DNA of 64,000 nt from Minisyncoccota bacterium (lineage in GTDB: Bacteria; Patescibacteriota; Minisyncoccia; Phycocordibacterales; GWA1-40-21): the NCBI GenBank assembly GCA_041664585.1, contig JBAYKL010000002.1:88328-152327 (forward strand), read 5' to 3'. The notes beneath the pieces are model-generated. The model searched no databases, had not been told where the DNA came from, and saw nothing but the letters and a program-made list of their open reading frames with translations. Shown here piece after piece: positions 58,663-64,000 of the stretch; the first letter of the stretch is position 1; each line of letters starts with the position of its first letter. Made by a program: the position numbers and the translations under genes.

Positions 58663-59706
58663 ATGAATAATAAAATTATCCTAGTTACTGGTGGTACTGG
58701 CTATATTGGTTCACATACCGTAGTTGAATTACAAAAAAAAGGATACGACGTAATTATTGTTGATAATTTATCAACTTCTCGTCGTGGGGTTATTAAAGCC
58801 ATCCAAAAAATAACAGGAATTACCCCTCAATTTGAAAAGGTTGATTTGTGTGATTATAAAAAAACTGAAGTTTTTTTTAAAAAACATAAAAATATTTCTG
58901 CAATAATTCACTTTGCCGCCTTTAAGTCCGTAGGTGAATCAGTAGAAAAACCTCTAAAATATTACAATAATAATTTAATTTCACTAATAAACATATTAAA
59001 TTGTGCTGAAAAATTTAATATAAAAAGACTTGTTTTTTCTTCTTCATGTACAGTCTATGGGCAACCTGATAAATTGCCAATATCAGAAGGTTCTCCAACA
59101 AAAACAGCACTCTCAACATATGGAAGGACGAAGCAAGTGTGTGAAGAGATAATAAATTCTGTTTCGCAGAAAAATAACATCAAGTCAATTTCTTTACGTT
59201 ATTTTAACGCAGCTGGAGCTCACGAAAGTTCCCTTATAGGCGAAGATTTTATTGGGACCCCAAGTTATTTAATTCCTTTCATCACACAAACCGCAATTGG
59301 TAAGAGAAAATATTTAAGCGTCTTTGGTAACGACTACGATACTCCTGATGGTACATGTATCCGTGATTATATTCATGTAACGGATTTAGCCAAAGCGCAT
59401 ATCGCCGCTATTGAACGCCTTTTAATCAAAAACGATACTAAAAATTATGAAGTATTCAATATAGGAACAGGTACCGGTTATTCAGTTTTAGAAATTATCA
59501 ATACCTTTGAAAAAGTTTCTGGACAAAAACTAAATTATAAAATAGTTAAGAGACGCCCTGGAGATGTAGAAAAAATTTGGGCAAGTACCAAATACGCAAA
59601 CAAAGAACTCAAATGGAAAGCTGAAAAAAAACTAGATGATATAATCTCGTCAGCTTGGAAATGGGAGAAAAAAATAAACAAAAAAAAGGAAATAGAACAT
59701 GAATAA
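58663..59706 (+). CDS. galE: UDP-glucose 4-epimerase
   Basis: ILVTGGTGYIGSHTVVEL...VIIVDNLS..., catalytic YGRTK, and the length all fit GalE-type SDRs. Confidence 0.85.
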   Translation: MNNKIILVTGGTGYIGSHTVVELQKKGYDVIIVDNLSTSRRGVIKAIQKITGITPQFEKVDLCDYKKTEVFFKKHKNISAIIHFAAFKSVGESVEKPLKYYNNNLISLINILNCAEKFNIKRLVFSSSCTVYGQPDKLPISEGSPTKTALSTYGRTKQVCEEIINSVSQKNNIKSISLRYFNAAGAHESSLIGEDFIGTPSYLIPFITQTAIGKRKYLSVFGNDYDTPDGTCIRDYIHVTDLAKAHIAAIERLLIKNDTKNYEVFNIGTGTGYSVLEIINTFEKVSGQKLNYKIVKRRPGDVEKIWASTKYANKELKWKAEKKLDDIISSAWKWEKKINKKKEIEHE

Positions 59707-61003
59707 ATTATCCTTAATAAACATAAAAGAAAAATGGAACCACGTTGGATTTCAGAAATATCTAAAAAACACGGGGTGGATGTTTTTGGGTAGGTTTTTT
59801 ACTCTTGGTATTTCTTTTATAGTTGGTATATATATAGCTAGATATTTAGGTCCATCTAACTACGGTTTATTTAATTATGTTGTAAGTTTCGTAGGTCTCT
59901 TTGGTTTTCTGGCTTCTTTTGGTGTTGATAGCATCATTAGTAGAGAAATAATAAAAGACCATGATAAGAAAGATGAACTTATTGGTACGGGATTTTATAT
60001 AAAAGTTGCTGGAAGCATACTGGCAATATTAAGCATATTTATTGTTTCCATATTCACAACAAAAGATCTATTTACTCTCGGACTTATCTGGATATTTTCA
60101 TTAAACTTTATACCTCAAGCCTTTAATATTCTGGAAACATATTTCCAGTCACAAGTACTTTCAAAAAAAGTTGTTACTGCACAAATAATATCAAATATAA
60201 TATCAACAATATTGAAAATAATTGTTGTTTTATTTAATAAAGGAATCTTTTGGTTATCACTTGTCTATATCATTGAAACCTCTATCTATGCCCTACTCTT
60301 ACTTATCTCATTCAAGAAATTCGGTCATCACATTAGTAAATGGAAATTTAATATAAATATTGCAAAATCACTCCTAAAAGATGCCTGGCCATTAATGCTC
60401 TCAACCATTGCGATAGGAATTTTTATGAAAATAGATCAGGTAATGATTAAAAACATGCTAGGAAATGAACAGGCTGGTATCTATGCTGTTGCGGTAAAAC
60501 TTTCAGAGGTTTGGTATTTTATACCAACGATAATCTGCACTTCCCTGTTTCCGTCTATAGTAAACGCCTTAAAGACAAATATTAAAATTTTTGAAAAAAG
60601 AATGAGAAGATTATACTCTTTAATGTTTTGGCTATCTTTTTCTATAGCCTTTCTTACAACGGCTTTATCTGGTCCAATTATAAGGATACTTTTTGGTGAA
60701 GCCTACATTGGATCTATAATAGTGCTTCAAATTTACATCTGGGCCGGTATCGCTGTTTTTCTAGGTATGGCCATAGGTCAATACCTATTAGCATTTAATC
60801 TTACAAAGATACATTTTTATATTAACCTAGCAGGAATGTTATGCAATGTAATTTTAAATTTTATTTTAATACCAAAATTTGGGATCATAGGCGCCGCAGC
60901 AGCAACAACAATATCATATACTTTAGTAACACTCGGCATTTTGGTTTTCAAAAAAACAAGAAATCAGGGGGCATTGATTTTGAAATCAATAATAAATTAT
61001 TAA
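59699..61003 (+). CDS. Wzx-type oligosaccharide flippase (MOP superfamily, polysaccharide biosynthesis protein)
   Basis: 434 aa with about 12 to 14 TM helices. It is positioned inside a glycan cluster. Confidence 0.7.
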   Translation: MNKLSLINIKEKWNHVGFQKYLKNTGWMFLGRFFTLGISFIVGIYIARYLGPSNYGLFNYVVSFVGLFGFLASFGVDSIISREIIKDHDKKDELIGTGFYIKVAGSILAILSIFIVSIFTTKDLFTLGLIWIFSLNFIPQAFNILETYFQSQVLSKKVVTAQIISNIISTILKIIVVLFNKGIFWLSLVYIIETSIYALLLLISFKKFGHHISKWKFNINIAKSLLKDAWPLMLSTIAIGIFMKIDQVMIKNMLGNEQAGIYAVAVKLSEVWYFIPTIICTSLFPSIVNALKTNIKIFEKRMRRLYSLMFWLSFSIAFLTTALSGPIIRILFGEAYIGSIIVLQIYIWAGIAVFLGMAIGQYLLAFNLTKIHFYINLAGMLCNVILNFILIPKFGIIGAAAATTISYTLVTLGILVFKKTRNQGALILKSIINY

Positions 61004-61010
61004 TAAACGT

Positions 61011-61739
61011 ATGATTAAAAATAAAGATCAATTCATAAATATAAGGTTAAGTGAGTTCCCCGCACTATATCACGTAAGAAAAACCATTTATAATTTTATA
61101 CAAAATCAGTCACAAAAGTTTTCTGGTGATGTCTTGGACCTAGGATGCGGGGAAAAACCTTACAAAGAAACAATCTTAGGATTCCCTCTTGTGAAAAAGT
61201 ACGTTGGACTAGACATAAAAACCGCTATTGTTTACAAGGAGGATGTTAAACCAGACTATTATTGGGACGGGCAAACGATACCCTTTTCTGACAACACCTT
61301 CGATACAATACTTGCTACTGAAGTTCTAGAGCATTGTCCATACCCATCAAAAACAATTTCAGAAATCTTTCGTGTGCTTAAAAAAGATGGGAATTTTGTA
61401 TTTACAGTACCTTTTCTATTCCCCACACACGAAATACCACACGACGAATTCAGGTATACACCCTTTTCTATAACAAGGCTCCTGAAAGAAGCCGGCTTCA
61501 AAAACATTGATGTCGTAGCCAGAGGTGGTTGGCGTGCATCCTTAAGCCAAACGATAGGTTTATTTATATACAACTCTAGAGCAGCAAGCCTGTCGGAAAG
61601 GTTGGTGAGAAAATTAATTAAGCCAATAATTTTAATAATGATGTGGTATTTATATAAAACCGATGTTGTTCCGCAAGATTTAATCAATGAAAAAGAAAAT
61701 ACTCTTTTTACAGGCCTCGCCGGTATAGCAAAAAAGTAA
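61011..61739 (+). CDS. class I SAM-dependent methyltransferase
   Basis: VLDLGCGEKPY (motif I) and ...ILATEVLEHCP... (methyltransferase type 11-like). Confidence 0.7.
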   Translation: MIKNKDQFINIRLSEFPALYHVRKTIYNFIQNQSQKFSGDVLDLGCGEKPYKETILGFPLVKKYVGLDIKTAIVYKEDVKPDYYWDGQTIPFSDNTFDTILATEVLEHCPYPSKTISEIFRVLKKDGNFVFTVPFLFPTHEIPHDEFRYTPFSITRLLKEAGFKNIDVVARGGWRASLSQTIGLFIYNSRAASLSERLVRKLIKPIILIMMWYLYKTDVVPQDLINEKENTLFTGLAGIAKK

Positions 61740-61744
61740 AATAT

Positions 61745-62686
61745 ATGAAAAATATAACAAAAGATACAAAAGTCAGCTCAGAAAAAATAAAACAAATAGA
61801 TGTTATTTTTTCTTCAGATAATAATTATGCCAAACATTTGGGAGTTACCTTATGTTCGATCTTTGCAAACAAATCGAAAGAGTACTCAATAAGTATACAT
61901 GTAATCGATGGGGGTATTTCAAATAAAAACAAAAATAAATTAAAAAATCTAGAAAAAAGATACCTATTTAATATAAACTATATTAATATAAAGTCTAATG
62001 AGTATGAAGATTTATTTACAAGTGATCACATTACAAAAGCTACATATTATAGAATATCTATTCCAAACCTACTAAACAATAAAATAAAAAAAATATTGTA
62101 TTTAGATTGCGACCTAATCGTTTTGGGAGACTTACTCGAGCTATTTGAGAAAAGCGTCGATAATTACTTCATTGGAGCTGTAGAAGAAAAAGTATCTGAT
62201 ACAAAAAAAGATTTGGGAATAGATGAAAAAAAACCATACTTTAATGCTGGAGTTATGTTAATGAACCTTAATAAATGGAGGGAAGCAAACATTTCAGAAA
62301 AAACACTAAGCTTCGCTAGAAAAAATCCAGAAAAAATAAAGCTTTGGGATCAAGATTCATTAAACGCCATCCTTGTAGATAAATGGTTAATTTTAGATAA
62401 TCGATATAACTTTTTAACCTCAGAAATTGAAAGAACCTTATTTAAAAAAACCATTGGAGGCCCCGGACCTTTAGTTGTCCACTATAGTTCTTCGATAAAA
62501 CCTTGGAAATTTAACGGTAAACACCCATATAATGATGAATATTTTTATTATCTTAAAAAAACAGGCTGGAACAGAATTTTTATATATACCCCAAAAATGA
62601 GAAGTGTTATAATAAAGACCATAAAATTAAAAAGGAGTCTAATTAAATTAATTAAGAAGCCAATTAAAAAAATACTTAAAAAATAA
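61745..62686 (+). CDS. family-8 glycosyltransferase (LPS galactosyl/glucosyltransferase-like)
   Basis: IDVIFSSDNNYAKHLGVTLCS..., YYRISIPNLL, the DxD motif ILYLDCDLIV, and NAGVMLMNLNKWR. Confidence 0.75.
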   Translation: MKNITKDTKVSSEKIKQIDVIFSSDNNYAKHLGVTLCSIFANKSKEYSISIHVIDGGISNKNKNKLKNLEKRYLFNINYINIKSNEYEDLFTSDHITKATYYRISIPNLLNNKIKKILYLDCDLIVLGDLLELFEKSVDNYFIGAVEEKVSDTKKDLGIDEKKPYFNAGVMLMNLNKWREANISEKTLSFARKNPEKIKLWDQDSLNAILVDKWLILDNRYNFLTSEIERTLFKKTIGGPGPLVVHYSSSIKPWKFNGKHPYNDEYFYYLKKTGWNRIFIYTPKMRSVIIKTIKLKRSLIKLIKKPIKKILKK

Positions 62687-62688
62687 TA

Positions 62689-63624
62689 ATGAAAACACCA
62701 ATACTTTTTATAATATTCAACCGACCAGGAACAACAAAGGTGGTCTTTGAAGCTATCCGCCAAGCAAAACCATCTAAACTTTTTATTGCAGCAGATGGAC
62801 CAAGAAAAAATAAACCTGGCGAAAAAGAACTTTGTGAAAAAACAAGGAAAATAACAGAAAAAATAGATTGGGAATGTGAAGTTAAAACTTTATTTAGAGA
62901 AGAAAACCTTGGATGTGGAAAGGCTGTGAGTGGAGCAATCAGTTGGTTTTTTGAAAATGTTGAGGAAGGAATAATCCTAGAAGATGACTGCCTACCCCAT
63001 CCATCTTTCTTTAGATTTTGTGAGGAATTATTAGAACGCTACCGTTTTGATGACAAAGTCTTTATGATTTCTGGAAATAATTTCTTGCCAAAAAGCTTGA
63101 GGCCAAAAGGAAGCTACTACTTTTCACAATTACCACACATCTGGGGTTGGGCCACGTGGAAACGGGCCTGGCAAAAATATGATTTTGATATTAAAGATTT
63201 ACCAGATTTTATAAAAAACAAAGAGATCGAAAAAAAATGGGTTGATAAAAGTATACAAAATTATTGGTTAGAAAACTTCAAAGAAGTTTTCTATCACAAT
63301 CTAGACACTTGGGATTATCAGCTAGTTTATAACATGTGGAAAAATAAGAGTATTTCCATAGCACCAAATGTAAACCTAGTATCAAACATTGGTTTCGGCA
63401 CCAGTGGAACACACACGCTAAACAAAAACGATCCTTCTGCAAATTTGCCATCAGAGGAAATTAGCTTCCCTATCATATTAAATAACCCTAGCACATTAGA
63501 AATGTGTGATGACTATGAAAATAGACATATTCGTCATAAAAACTACCGTATTAAATTGATATTAAAAAAACTTGGTTTATTTAATACAGCAAAAAAATTA
63601 TACTTAGTAATGAATAAAGCATAA
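62689..63624 (+). CDS. GT-A-fold nucleotide-sugar transferase (HlpA-like family)
   Basis: ILFIIFNRPGTTKVVFEAI...LFIAADGPR...NLGCGKAV...IILEDDCLPHPSFFRFC matches the family that recurs in capsule and O-antigen loci, often annotated as hemolytic protein HlpA-like. Confidence 0.5.
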   Translation: MKTPILFIIFNRPGTTKVVFEAIRQAKPSKLFIAADGPRKNKPGEKELCEKTRKITEKIDWECEVKTLFREENLGCGKAVSGAISWFFENVEEGIILEDDCLPHPSFFRFCEELLERYRFDDKVFMISGNNFLPKSLRPKGSYYFSQLPHIWGWATWKRAWQKYDFDIKDLPDFIKNKEIEKKWVDKSIQNYWLENFKEVFYHNLDTWDYQLVYNMWKNKSISIAPNVNLVSNIGFGTSGTHTLNKNDPSANLPSEEISFPIILNNPSTLEMCDDYENRHIRHKNYRIKLILKKLGLFNTAKKLYLVMNKA

Positions 63625-63691
63625 TACGACAAAGGGATTACAAAATCTGCTAAGAAATTAATTGAATTTATAAGCATAACAAAATAACAAT

Positions 63692-64000
63692 ATGAAAATT
63701 AAAAAGATACTACGTGGAATCAAAAACAGAATAATCAAGTACAAAACTAAAATAACAACTAAGCCAATATGGATTTACATAAAAGATGGGCCGCTAAAAG
63801 ACGGATTTATACTTATAAATAAAAATCTGCATGATGGATGGTCTAAAATGGAAAATGGAACATACGATAAATTTATATATGATTTCTTATCAAGCAATAA
63901 TATTCTAGGAAGTACCGTGTGGGATGTTGGCGCCCACTTTGGATATCATGCATTATCTTTTGCCAAATTGGTAGGATCAAATGGAAGAGTTGTAACTTTT
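63692..64000 (+). CDS. FkbM-family methyltransferase, 3' end truncated by the window
   Basis: ...VWDVGAHFGYHALSFAKLVGSNGRVVTF matches the FkbM motif (D.GAN.G..S..FA). The ORF is open to the window end. Confidence 0.55.
   Translation, partial: MKIKKILRGIKNRIIKYKTKITTKPIWIYIKDGPLKDGFILINKNLHDGWSKMENGTYDKFIYDFLSSNNILGSTVWDVGAHFGYHALSFAKLVGSNGRVVTF

Overview
The window is AT-rich (roughly one-third GC by eye) and gene-dense. Most long ORFs are housekeeping genes, and many encode compact, domain-reduced proteins: ThrRS without a TGS domain, PheS without the N-terminal coil, PheT without the B2 domain, and a short Obg. Standard code 11 gives uninterrupted ORFs for every conserved gene, so no recoding is evident. 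The overall content (fermentative lower glycolysis plus the pentose and phosphoketolase route, streamlined translation genes, sortase/LamG/CARDB surface proteins, O-antigen-ligase-TPR protein) is compatible with a small-genome Patescibacteria/CPR-like or similarly reduced Gram-positive-type bacterium. That placement is an inference from gene content only.

Left to right, the supported features are:
- a 5'-truncated TspO/MBR gene and a convergent SPFH/band-7 gene;
- a three-gene operon encoding a membrane protein, an exported cytochrome-b5-like protein and a NOX/ferric-reductase-type flavocytochrome;
- ppdK, followed by a promoter-driven, GC-enriched structured RNA candidate (about 7706-7890);
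- the ackA-xfp phosphoketolase pair;
- two tandem receiver-like paralogs, each with its own terminator;
- typA, rnhB and dnaE;
- a LamG surface protein;
- a threonine T-box leader upstream of thrS;
- a sortase locus with two proteins that share a PKD-like domain, one carrying an internal VPYTG-TM-KKK sorting signal;
- gyrB and a cytosolic C39-like peptidase;
- pheS and a pheT whose B5 domain carries an inserted NlpC/P60 domain;
- a PEGA-like protein, a GT2 synthase and tRNA-Thr(UGU);
- a translation and central-metabolism block (tsf, rpsB, prfA, rpmE, an MltB-like transglycosylase, rplY, fba, rpe-like, rpiB, gatB, obg);
- a compositionally foreign GC-rich single-gene island with its own promoter, SD and terminator (44.75-45.36 kb);
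- a MYG1-family protein, gpmI, eno, secA, a 38-codon lysine-rich micro-ORF and murB;
- an O-antigen-ligase-TPR protein divergent from a glycan cluster (gmd, fcl, galE, flippase, methyltransferase, GT8, GT-A, FkbM methyltransferase).

No CRISPR array, transposase or integrase was seen.
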